The position numbers and the translations under genes were made by a program. Source: Podarcis melisellensis (lineage: Eukaryota). From it: a stretch of 64,000 nucleotides of DNA. Each line of letters starts with the position of its first letter. Within the stretch, counting starts at the first letter, position 1. The notes under the pieces were generated by a model. It made no database searches and was not told the origin of the DNA. It was given only the letters and a program-made list of their open reading frames with translations. This document shows positions 13,892 through 24,692 of this stretch, piece after piece. The stretch lies in assembly GCA_964234715.1 (NCBI GenBank), contig OZ174282.1, one strand, 5' to 3'.

Positions 13892-14267
13892 GTAAAGGAC
13901 CCCTGACAGTTAAGTCCAGTCACAGATGACTCTGGGGTTGCAGTGCTCATCTCACTTTCCAGGCCAAGGGAGCCAGTGTTCATCCACAGACAGTTTTTCT
14001 GGGTCATGTGGCCAGCATGACTAAGCCACTTCTGGCGCAATGGAACAGCAACACCAGAGCAGAGCATGGAAACACCATTTACCTTTCCACCAGAACAGTA
14101 CCTATTAATCTACTTGCACTTTTTGGCGTGCTTTCGAACTGCTAGGTTGGCAGGAGCTGGGACCGAGCAACAGGAGCTCACCCCGCCGCAGGGATCTGAA
14201 CCACCAACCTTCTGATTGGCAAGCCCAAGAGGCTCAGTGGTTTAGACCACAGCGCCACCCGTGTCCC
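13892..14267 (-). mobile_element. Sauria SINE, full length
   Basis: Colinear with the other copies; 10-bp TSD ttatttcatt at 13875-13884 and 14271-14280. Confidence 0.9.
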
Positions 14268-14929
14268 TAATTATTTCATTGGGCTTTTGCTACTGTAATA
14301 AGCTGTATTGAGGACCCTGTAAATACCAAGACATAGATTTATAACTAAACACTATCTGTATCAGGGCTACATTAAATAACTAAGACTTTTTAAAAGTTAG
14401 AAATGTACAAAAATCAGCACGTTGGATGCTAAAAGTGACATTATATGCACTACCTCACCTATCCACATGATTGGCCTAAAATTAATATCTGGTGTAGGTG
14501 ATTGCATAAATTGATTATCTTCCAAAGTGTAGAACAACCAGTGATTTCCAACAATTTCACCACAGTAACAAACAGGAAAATGGGGGATGGAGAATCTTGC
14601 CATGAAATGCATCACATAACATTATCTAGTGAATACACCTAAGCAGATTTATCCTTCGGAGGGGGGGTTCCAAGATGTGACGCTTTCTCCTGGATCTTAG
14701 GCAAGTCCATTGAAAAATCGTGTGGGGGTTTTTTTTGGGGGGGGTTGCATTTATGTAGAAAGAAGCTCAACAACTTTGGTACTTTTTGAAATATGGCAAT
14801 GCTGCTCCTACCAAGTGGTATAAAGCCATCTATATGGCGTTTGTAAGTTTATAAGGGGACAGCACTCTTGAGGAGAAACAGGCAACAGAATGAAGTCCAC
14901 AGATAGCAACACAAAAGACTACACCAGTC

Positions 14930-15360
14930 ATTTTATTTGTTCATTTATTTAAAAAGGCCGTCTACCCTTCAGCAAAGCTATCTGAGCAGCATACAATAAG
15001 AATAATAAAACGCCAATATAAACTATAAACTCACGTAAAAACAACCAGCAGAGCAAAGAAATAGTATAAGACCTACAACATAAATTTACTGTACGAAGTT
15101 TTTATCTGTTTTGTTGCAGATAAAAACTTCATCAGTAAATTTATGTTACTTGTTAAAAGCCCCAGGCAAATAAAAAATGTTTCTGCCTGGTGCCAAAACT
15201 GCAGCAAAGTCAGCACCAGGCAAAAATGGGGTGCCTCTTTCTGGTAAGCATCCATCTCACTTTAGATGGTGGGAGGTCTAGAGAGCCCCAGATGAACTGA
15301 TTATTAGACTGACTCACCTAGTAGAATGCAGTCCTTTATGTACCTGGATCCCAAGCACTA
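14930..15360 (-). mobile_element. Degenerate L2 LINE 3' fragment
   Basis: tttatttgttcatttattt tail and aaaaatgtttctgcctggtgccaaaa similar to the other L2 3' ends in the window. Confidence 0.45.
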
Positions 15361-18118
15361 TGAACTGTAACAAAGAATGACCAACAGCCTTTCTGTAGCA
15401 CGGAAATGTAGTTTTTCTCAATCTGGAATCATTCATGCTGCTTTTGATCTAGATTTGTTCTAGATTCTGCCATCTACGAAGGTGGGTGTGGTTATTTCAT
15501 GCACATTTGGAACCCCTCCCACTTGATTAGGTTAAGTGAACCTTTTCCTCCCTGCACATGCCCCAAGAAAAGGAATTGGGGATTGCAATGTTTGTATACG
15601 GCCACCAAAAATGTAATTGGGCACCCACTTCCAGGACTGCCTACATCTGTTTTCAAAGAGACATACTGCAGGACAATGCAGAATCAATCTGCAATGAGTG
15701 TTTATTTTCAAGATCAAACCAGTTTCTCAAGAAGCATTTTTCAGGGGCAAAAAATACACAATAGATCTAGACTATGTGCAGACTACATAGGGGAAAAAAA
15801 CAAGTACTCAGTCTTCATTGATTATAGAATAAAATGTTGTGTGCATGAAGTTTATGTTAGCAACTTGTGTGGTGCCTAACTGACGGTTTCATCCAACTCA
15901 TTCCATTAGCATTAGGCTTGATGCTTGGCACAATGGAAACTCCCCCTCTTCTGTGCCCCCTAAATCTGTTCTATGGGATCTCCCCATCTCCTGGAACATA
16001 TTTGATAAGAGCACACATGGGAGCAAGAGGGAGAGGAGATAAAGTTATGTCATGCAACTGCAAATCCTTGTGCCAACAGAATGAGTTCACTGTAGACCAC
16101 TTTGAGTTTCTGTGAAGTCTTCTGAGGGCTCTGGGACAAAGACATTCTAATAATATAATCTTAAGAGCTATTAGTGAATGTTAAGAGGGGCCAAGCTATC
16201 TTTGTACAGAAGGGGCCACAGCTGGTGTATCAGTGTAAGTCACTGGTTCCCATACTGTGGTGTGTGAGCCACCAGTGGTTCATGAACTTCATTCATGTGG
16301 TCCATGGTGTTTCTGTAAAACTCATACAGCATCTAGCACAGCACATTAATATTGTTAAAACAGGCAGATAAAATATTAAGTGGTCCACCAAGACCCTCAG
16401 CAATCTTTAAGTGGTCCATGGGGGGAAGGTTTGATCTAAGCTGATCCTCACTGATCTAAGCGTATGACAGAGGCCTCCCTTTTCTCAAGGCAAATGTCTT
16501 CCATCATGAGTTATTGTGCCAAAACTAGGTCATACCACCGCATTAATCTGAACCACTGATCTGGCTTTCTTCCAATCCTGCATATATATATTTTAATTTG
16601 GTGTAAAATGATATAAGGTGGGCCACAAAATCAAGGCAGAATTAAGGATGTGCTTTTGGAAGGAGAGGAAAAGATCACTTGCACTCTCACCTGGAGTGGG
16701 ACAGAGTGGTCTGTGCTCTTAACTTTTCCCTTTCATTATCCTCCCCTGTAACAACAGGTCTAAATGTACAATAGTCAGGCAACAAAACTGTGTGTGCAAT
16801 TTAACATAGTTATTTCCAACCTGGAATACTCTGGATTTGATATTTAAATTATTATTAATAAAAGGGGGGAAGTACAAAGAAAAAAATGCATTTTCAATCC
16901 CACTTTCACATTTCTTTAGATCTTAACCTGACATTAATGAGCAACTACGCATGGAAGTGACGAGCGGCCTGTAGGATAAAATGGCTCATATACTATGTTG
17001 ATAAGTTAAGATGAAAGAAACCCCAGAACAAAGACACTACAGTATTGTGGAGATATGTTGAAATTCCAAAATATTTGTATTCCTCAACAAAGCGAGAAAT
17101 GCCCATGACAAAAATATATAAATAAATGCACCTGTCACTTTCTCATTTGACTACATAACATGTTTACTGTATATATTAATGCATTACTCCATTATGTTTC
17201 CTAGCAGTCATTTGCTGTATGTGATATGTGAGTGTTCTATGCATATTTTTCCCCCATATGGCCCCTGATGCACGCTTTTCTTCCCCACTGATAATCATCC
17301 ACAGCCTCAAACATGCACTTGAAGGACAAAGATTAACCTATATAAAGCACAAGAAAGCACTGAAAAGAACAAAGTTATCTGAGATTATCATGGCAATGTT
17401 ATACAGGATAGAGCATAATACAAGTCTGTGGCACCCTAAGGATCATGAATTACCCCATTCAAGGAAAAGGCTGTCTTTCAGTAGAAGCTCGGTTATCCCA
17501 ATCCTTGGCTATATAGAAAATGCTCATTAGCCTCATTCACTGGTTCCTGCTCCCATTTTCTCTGGCTCCTCATTTATGGTGGCAGTCCTAGATGCACTTC
17601 CTTAAAAGTAAGTCCTGTTTAACTCAATGGGACTCACTACCATGTAAATAGTCATAGGACTGGAACGTCTGCATGTAAAAATAGCACTTTTGTTCATCCA
17701 AAAGTTCCCAAGAGCACTAGAGCTTATTCATCATTTTTTTTTAAAAAAAAGAACCAATTTTCTCTAGAATTTGAAGTATGATTATGTGGAACTAAATCGA
17801 AGGAAGAGATGGGTGCACTCAAGTTCTGGAAGTCACTCAGCAGCACCCAAGTCTTCCTTGGAACTCTTGATGCATATACCATTAACAAATACTCCTGTGC
17901 CTGGCTTTGAGAAACGGGAGTGATTTGAAACAGCTCCTCGCATCAAAAGTCAGAAATAATCCTGAACAACAAAGGCTGTAAAGCTTTCTAAATCAGAAGT
18001 CTTTCAATAGCAGATACATCATAACTTTCTCAAAGTGAACTGCCTTGAGCATAGCAAGAAGTGGCCCTTGCAGAAACACAGTAACTTGGAATTTCTGACT
18101 GCTCTGCTTCTGATATAA

Positions 18119-18257
18119 CAGGTGTAGGGAACCTTTGGTTCTCCAGATGTTGTTGTGCTACAAATGCCATCATCACTGGTCACTGGCCCTGCTTGCTGGG
18201 GGCTGATGGGAGTTGCAGTTCAGCAGCATCTGGAGAACCAAAGTTTTCCCACAGCTG
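18119..18257. mobile_element. hAT-type MITE
   Basis: TIRs caggtgtagggaacctttggttctccagatg / catctggagaaccaaagttttcccacagctg; 8-bp TSD tgata(t/c)aa at 18111-18118 and 18258-18265. Confidence 0.8.
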
Positions 18258-18474
18258 TGATACAATGTGGGGAAGTTGAGACCTATCTGTAGTGTAATCA
18301 ATAATACCCAGAAACAGTCTGTAGAAGACAAAGAGCTTTGTAACATGGGCCCTCAACCCAAAGAAAGCAGAGGAAAAAGAATAAACAGGAACATGTGGCC
18401 CATTGCATTTAGTTGAATTGTCACTGAGATTGTGATGTTTCAGACTCAAGTACTGGTAAGCATTACGGTACATA

Positions 18475-18722
18475 ATGTGGTGTAGTGGTTAAGAGCGGTA
18501 GTCACGTAATCTGGGGAACCGGGTTCGAGTCTCCGCTCCTCCACATGCAGCTGCTGGGTGACCTTAGGCCAGTCACACTTCTTTGAAGTCTCTCAGCCCC
18601 ACTCACCTCGCAGAGTGTTTGTTGTGGGGGAGGAAGGGAAAGGAGATTGTTAGCCGCTTTGAGACTCCTGAAGGGGAGTGAAAGGCGGGATATCAAATCC
18701 AAACTCTTCTTCTTCTTCTTCT
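18475..18722 (+). mobile_element. Young tRNA-derived CORE/L2-tailed SINE (Squam3-like)
   Basis: A box tggtgtagtggtt, B box ggttcgagtctcc, CORE-like gggtgaccttaggccagtcac, (TTC)n tail, CpGs retained. Confidence 0.8.
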
Positions 18723-18749
18723 ACATTCAACAATCAGTAGCATTGTGGG

Positions 18750-19160
18750 TAGCGATGGGCAAGGAATTTGATTCAGTTCACATTTAAAGGTGAGCCTGCC
18801 TACTTCACAATTTCTGAAACAATAAGTGAACCAAAACACGGTTGTCCTTTGAAATTTGCATTTCTCTGAATTTTGCAATGCAGTTCTTCAACCATGTAAT
18901 ATATACAAAAATGTATATACTGTGTGAAAGTGTACATAAAACTGCATATATTAGTCAATATAACATGCAAAAAGGCATTATATTAGTGGAAGTTGGTTTC
19001 CAAAATATGTATATTTGGCAAACTTGCATTTAAAAGTGTGTATATTCAGAGAAATTTGTGCTAAAATACCAATGAATTTTCATTATTACTTTTTTAAAAA
19101 AAAACTGATGTGGAAATTTGGAGAACTTGAAAAATTAAAATCAGATTTGTTCAGCCCTAG
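18750..19160. mobile_element. Old non-autonomous DNA-transposon-like element
   Basis: Imperfect terminal inverted match agcgatgggcaagg…/…tttgttcagccctag around an AT-rich interior. Confidence 0.35.
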
Positions 19161-19681
19161 TCTTGGGTGAAAAGAAGCAGCAGCAATTTGACCTTGATTT
19201 ACTATCAAACTGAAATTGGGTTTCGCTGAAATTGAGATGCCTGATTTCATCCTTAGCCTTGAGCTGCCATATAAATAGGAGGCCCCAGTACTGCACTGAT
19301 GGGAGGCATTTCCTTCGTACTAAAACATGATACACCCTGAGAAGGATAAGTGAAACAATAATATCTCCAGCAATTATTTACACCTGGTGTGGGGAACTCT
19401 GGATCCTCTAGATGCTTCTGAACCAGAACATGGTTCAGGAGAACAGCAAATTGGTAAAGATGTTGGCAAAAATTGTAGAGTTGTTTGTGTTCATTCCAAT
19501 GATCGACAGCTTACAGAATAATTACTTCTTAACTCTAAAGTAAGTAGGCCCAGCAAAGGGGCAGTAGGGCCCTTATAGGGCCAAGGAAGATGGCATTTGC
19601 ATTTTAGCAAGACGTGAAAAACAAAGCTTCCCCACACCTGCTCTCCACCAGCATAAAGAAAGAGAACTGTTGATATATAGT

Positions 19682-19899
19682 TACAGGTATTTAGCCGTGT
19701 TGGTCTGCCGTAGTCAAAACAAAAAAAACAACAAAAAATTCCTTCTCCAAACTTAGAGACCAACTAAGTTTGTTATTGCTATGAGCTTTTGTGTGTATGC
19801 ACACTTCTTCAGATACATGCACATGAAAGCTCATACCAATAACAAACTTAGTTGGTCTCTAAGGTGCTACTGGAAGGATTTTTTTCAATATTTTTTTTT
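19682..19899. mobile_element. Penelope-like element remnant: two inverted pseudo-LTR fragments with a decayed hammerhead (second family)
   Basis: Inverted arms 19752-19800 and 19816-19863; minus-strand GTAT-CTGAAGA-A-GTGTG-cata-CACAC-aAAA-GCTC at 19816-19783; 14-bp TSD tgttg(a/g)tatatagt at 19668-19681 and 19900-19913. Confidence 0.75.
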
Positions 19900-20842
19900 T
19901 GTTGGTATATAGTGTAAGTGCACTTGGCTTTCGTTGTCATTCAAGATGGCATTGGCCTTGCTTCTTCGGTGCCTGAATCTGAAACATTCACTTCTTCCTT
20001 TGTTTTCTCCCCTGGACATTATATTGATATTAAGATTAAACTTCAGTTACAACAACCCAGTAAAGGAGGGTGCTGGGGGAAGCAAATTCTATTGGCAGCC
20101 AGAAGTACATATGAATCCCATTTCATTCCTTTCTTCCACTCTGAATGAGCTCCGTTTTTGACACAGAAGGTGTCAGCCACTATAATCAAATTTAAAGAGG
20201 CAAGTGATGCTATATATTCACTGCTCCAGGAGGAGGGAGGGGGAAAAGGATATTCACAATACAGTCATAATGCATATAAACCCATTATAGTTTAGCACTA
20301 AGTCCCAGGATTCAGCTCTGACCAACCTGTTTATGAGGAAAATAGCATTGTGAATGATACTTCCTCAATGATATGGTATGCACCTATAATTGACACCTAT
20401 TTCTGTCTTTCAACAATTCAGATTTCCAAATCAGGATCCTAACAAAACACAATGGCAAACTGAGAAATATCCCGGCTTGGTTTTTTTGTGGGTTTTTTTA
20501 AAGTGTGATAAGTAGAAACCTGCAGAGGGGAAAAGATGAAGGCTTGCTCCGCTTCCCTTATAATTGCAACCGAAAAAATGATTTACATAAGAGAATGAGT
20601 GATGCTGACATACCATCAATCCTGCTGCTTCCCCTTGTAAGTCTCAGAGAAGCTCAGTTTGCCAAATTCAAATGACCCGCAATGCCATTTTGTAACTATG
20701 AAGCCATGAAAGTCGTGTTGTGTAAAGCACTCCTCGGAGAAAATGGTGAAGGATGCTAATTTCTTTTTAGGAAAAAAACTAACAAAAGTTTTATATCAAG
20801 GTTGAAAGCCTGGTCATAACAAATAAAGGCCATGCAGTGCTG

Positions 20843-21745
20843 TTTGTTTGTTTGTTTGTTTGTTTAGTATATCGCTCTTCATCTGAAGCTCATGAGGCAG
20901 TTCACAACATAAAAATACAAAATGAGAATTCAAAATGCATAATAAAACAAAAAGAAAAATAAACCATAACCACGCTCCCTCATATGCCATAGAATACTTA
21001 ATCAGCCAAAGGCCTGATTATAGAGAAACATTTTTGCCTGGCACTTCAAAATATGTAATGAAGGCACCAGACAAGCCTCCTTGGGGAGAGCACTCCACAA
21101 ACAGGAAGCCACCACAGAAAAGACCCGTTCTCATGTTACCACCCTCCAGAACTCTCATGGAGGGCCTCAGATGATGGTTGCAGGGTCTGGGTTGTTCATA
21201 TGGGGAAAGGTAGTTCCTACCACATCTGCAGATGAAAGGGAGAACTAGAGCTGACATCAGCATATTGCTGACAACGTACTCTAAAACTCTGAATGACTCC
21301 ACACAGCTGTTTCATGTAGATGTTAAACAGCATGGGGGATAAAATCCTGAGGAACCCCACATTGAAGGCTCCACAGGGCCAAAGAGCACTCCCCAAGCTT
21401 CACCGTCTGGCAATGACCATCCAAGGAGGACCAGAACCACGGCAAAGCAGTGCCACCCACCCCCAACTCAAACAGCCGCTCCAGAAGGATATACTATATG
21501 GTATTATGTGGTATTTCAATATGGTATTGAAAGCCACAGAGAGGTTGAAAAGAATTAACTGGGGCATATTTCCCCTGTCTCTCTCCCAACAGAGATCATA
21601 CAGGGAGGCCGAAGCAGTTTCTGTGCCAAAACCAGGCCAAAACCCCAATTGAAATGGATCTAGAAAATCAGTTTCCTCCAAAAGCACCTGGCTTTTGATG
21701 CTAACCTTTTCAGGTAACACAGACATCCGGTACACCACACTGAAT
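20843..21745 (-). mobile_element. L2 LINE fragment (RT N-terminal region plus 3' end, internally deleted)
   Basis: ORF 21400..21738 reads LDPFQLGFWPGFGTETA…DRG…LILFNLSVAFNTI, matching the L2 RT motif LDPFQSGFRPG.GTETAL…DLSAAFDTI; (TTTG)n tail at 20843-20865. Confidence 0.8.
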
Positions 21746-21979
21746 CAAGCACAGAAAAGGTCTAAGGTGGCACAGTTTTGTTTTATGACTTTAGTCCCAT
21801 TTGCATTGTACATTTAAATCGTATTATACCACTTTAAAAAGTCATAGCTTCCCCCAAAGAATCCTAGGAAGTATAGTTTATTGAGGGTGCTGAGAGTTGT
21901 TAGAAGATCCCAGTTTCCCTAGATAATTATTCCCAAAGTTCCCAGGGAAGAGGGAATTGTAGCTCTGTAAGGAGAATGC

Positions 21980-22115
21980 TAGGATAGCAAGCCTGTGGCC
22001 ATCCTGATGTTGTTGGATTCCAGCTCCCATCAGCCCCAGTCAGCATGGCCAATGATAAGGAAGAATGGAAGTTGGAGTCTAACAACCTTTGGAAGGTCAC
22101 AGTTGCCTTACCTCT
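21980..22115. mobile_element. hAT-type MITE, degenerate
   Basis: Core gatgttgttgga.tccagctcccatcagcccca shared with 18119-18257; further copies at ~42940-43078 and ~58275-58405. Confidence 0.55.
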
Positions 22116-23395
22116 GACCTAATGCACTTGTCACGTCCACAAATGGGATAGGTAAACTGTTAGCACTTTTCCTTGTATTCCTTACTAGTGGAATATTTCA
22201 AATGTTTCCCCCCTAAGTGATAGTTTCCACCTCTACCTTTTCACATGAGAACTGATAGTTCTGTGTGAATATTCCTCCTCACTCTAGCCTGGCATTTCAC
22301 ATGCCTCTGTTTATTTACTGTACAATATATTTAAAGCTTTCTGGCAATACATACAGACTTCTCGCATGCTCTTTAATATTAGCATCTGTCAATCAAAACA
22401 GAAGGCACCAAATAAAAACATTATGTTATATGTTAAGTTATAGTTCATTTCTGTGCTGCCTATCGGCCACAAAGATCCTTCAGTTGCAGAAATTAAGTCG
22501 TTCCAAGTTACCAGGTGGAGAGAGAGAGAGCGCTTGGCAGAGAATTCCCACTTACTTCAATGGGTGCTCAAGACACAGATCATGTGCAGGATTCCGCCCT
22601 GAGCTGTTAATGCCTGGAACCTTCATAATTATTGAGTGTGTAATACAGGGATTGTAACAAGCCTCTTTTGCGAGCTGCCCTGGGCTTGTTCTCTGAGCCA
22701 CATCAAGCACTAAGTTTAAACGAAACTGCTCCCAAGTTTCCTAAATGGTTTAATAAAACATATACTGACTGTAATATTCAGTTTATAGTAGAAAACTATC
22801 GCCCCTTGGTTTGAAAAATGACCTCCAGTTGGCAATTTCACTCTCAGCTTCATAGATTATAGTCCACTGTTGGTCATTTACTCAGTCCACAGAGCAATAC
22901 TTTCACATAACAAGCTCAAACGGCAATCAGTATTTGTAGGCTGCTCCACAAACTGAGGATAATGCACCGCAACACATTCTATTATGCAACTAAACAAAAG
23001 GAATAACAACCTGGTGACTCTGACACAGAGAGAAAAGGAATGCTCATTCCCTTAATGCTGAGACATCCGGCGGGCGGGTTTGGAGGGTGGGAAGAGAATA
23101 CATTTCTTTTGTATTTTTGCAGATTTCTGTTGCCTTTAATGTGTTCAATGCAAAATAAAAAGTCTCTAATTCAATTCTCTTTTCACTAATGACATTTGGC
23201 TTTGTATCATCTTAAGTCTATTCTTATTTTAATACACTACAGCAAAAGCTAGATCCTATTAGAGCTGATCAAATTTAAGGAAATTAGTGAGATACCCTAA
23301 AGTTATAAAATCTCGATCGTAATAATGGATTCAGGGCTCAGCGTTGAACAGGCACTTTCAAAGACTGCTCAACTACCCTTGGAAAGAGGAAACAT

Positions 23396-23452
23396 TGATA
23401 TTGTACATCTGCTCCTACATGGGGCTGATGTTGTACATCTGCTCCTACATGG
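23396..23452. repeat. 30-bp-period tandem duplication (tgat(a/g)ttgtacatctgctcctacatgg)
   Basis: Directly visible. Confidence 0.9.
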
Positions 23453-23974
23453 TTTCAATATCAAGAGAGCCCTAATAGGGCAGACATAAGCACATGTGGT
23501 GAATTCTTAGAACTATTTGGGAGATCTGCCTCTGCATTTCACTTCAGGTTGTTCAGTAATCTGGAAAAAGTATTGTGCAAGCGAAGCCCACCAAATACAC
23601 ACTTGCAATATAACAGGTGGCTATCCTCTCTAGCTATTCCTACAGGCAGAGTAGGGCTTACAAGATGAAGACACATGCAGAAAGCTGCCTTGTGCTGAGT
23701 CTATCTAGATCAGTACTGTCTACACCAGGGGTAGAAAACATTTTTCAGGCTAAGGGCACATTATCCCTCTGGAAAGCTGTTGGCATCTGTCTTCCAGTAG
23801 TGAGTGGCCCAGATGATACATAATCGCACATAGAAAGAGAGCGTCTTCCTAAGAAAACAGGGAGATATATTTAAGCTTCCCACCACCCTTTATCTGTTCT
23901 AACTGCAAAGGGCATCAGGAACACTAATTCCCACAGAAAGCCCTGTCACGCAGCCATTAAAGCAGTTGGAGCAT

Positions 23975-24330
23975 ATAATGCCAATCCTGACCCAACTGCA
24001 CTGCCTACCACTTAGTTTCCAGGCCAAATTCAAGGAGCTGGTTTGGATCTATAAAGCCTTAAATAGCTCAGGACTGCAATACCTCAAGGACTGCCTCTCC
24101 CTATATGAACTGACTCCCACCCTGCAATCATAATCTGAGGCACTTCTTCATGTGCCCCCTACATAGGAGGTCCTGAGGGTGGCAACACAAAAACAGGCCT
24201 TTTCTGAGGTGGCTCCCTGCTTGTGTAATGGTGTCCCCAGGGAGGCTAGTCTGGCACCTTTGCTACATATCTTTAGGCACCAGCTGAAAATATTCCTCTT
24301 CTCTCAGACCATTGGCTAATTAAACAAACT
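23975..24330 (+). mobile_element. L2 LINE ORF2 3' end
   Basis: LH.LP…AKFK.LV..YKALN…YLKD.L motif followed by 3' UTR and (TG)n at 24346-24377. Confidence 0.75.
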
Positions 24331-24343
24331 ATGGCCTTTTAAA

Positions 24344-24379
<36 letters not shown>

Positions 24380-24558
24380 GCGGGGGGGGCTTGTTTTGTT
24401 TTTTGTTACTATGGTACGTAACACAAAAATGCAGCTACAAAATGTGTGGACTCCGAACACATGTCTGTTGAGACATTCCCCCTGCTCAGCTTTGGCGTTC
24501 TTGCAGAAGAGCTATTTCCAATACATCTGGGCTGCATACTGAGTGTTTCCCATCTCGG

Positions 24559-24692
24559 AGAGGTTGCCATATTTTGAAGAGCAAAAAAAGAGGACACATT
24601 TGCCGACTTCTACGTTTAACTATAGATCACTATGATGACTCTACCCATGAAAAAGAGGATATGTCCTGGAAAAAGAGGACATATGGCAACCC
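24559..24692. mobile_element. Small TIR element (MITE, unclassified)
   Basis: TIR ggttgccatat … atatggcaacc with internal aaaagaggaca repeats. Confidence 0.55.

Noticed and set aside
19945-20012. Purine-rich minus-strand exon candidate (EKTKEEVNVSDSGTEEARPMPS*)
   Set aside because: Weak acceptor, and the protein-like frame is out of phase with exon 34377-34473.
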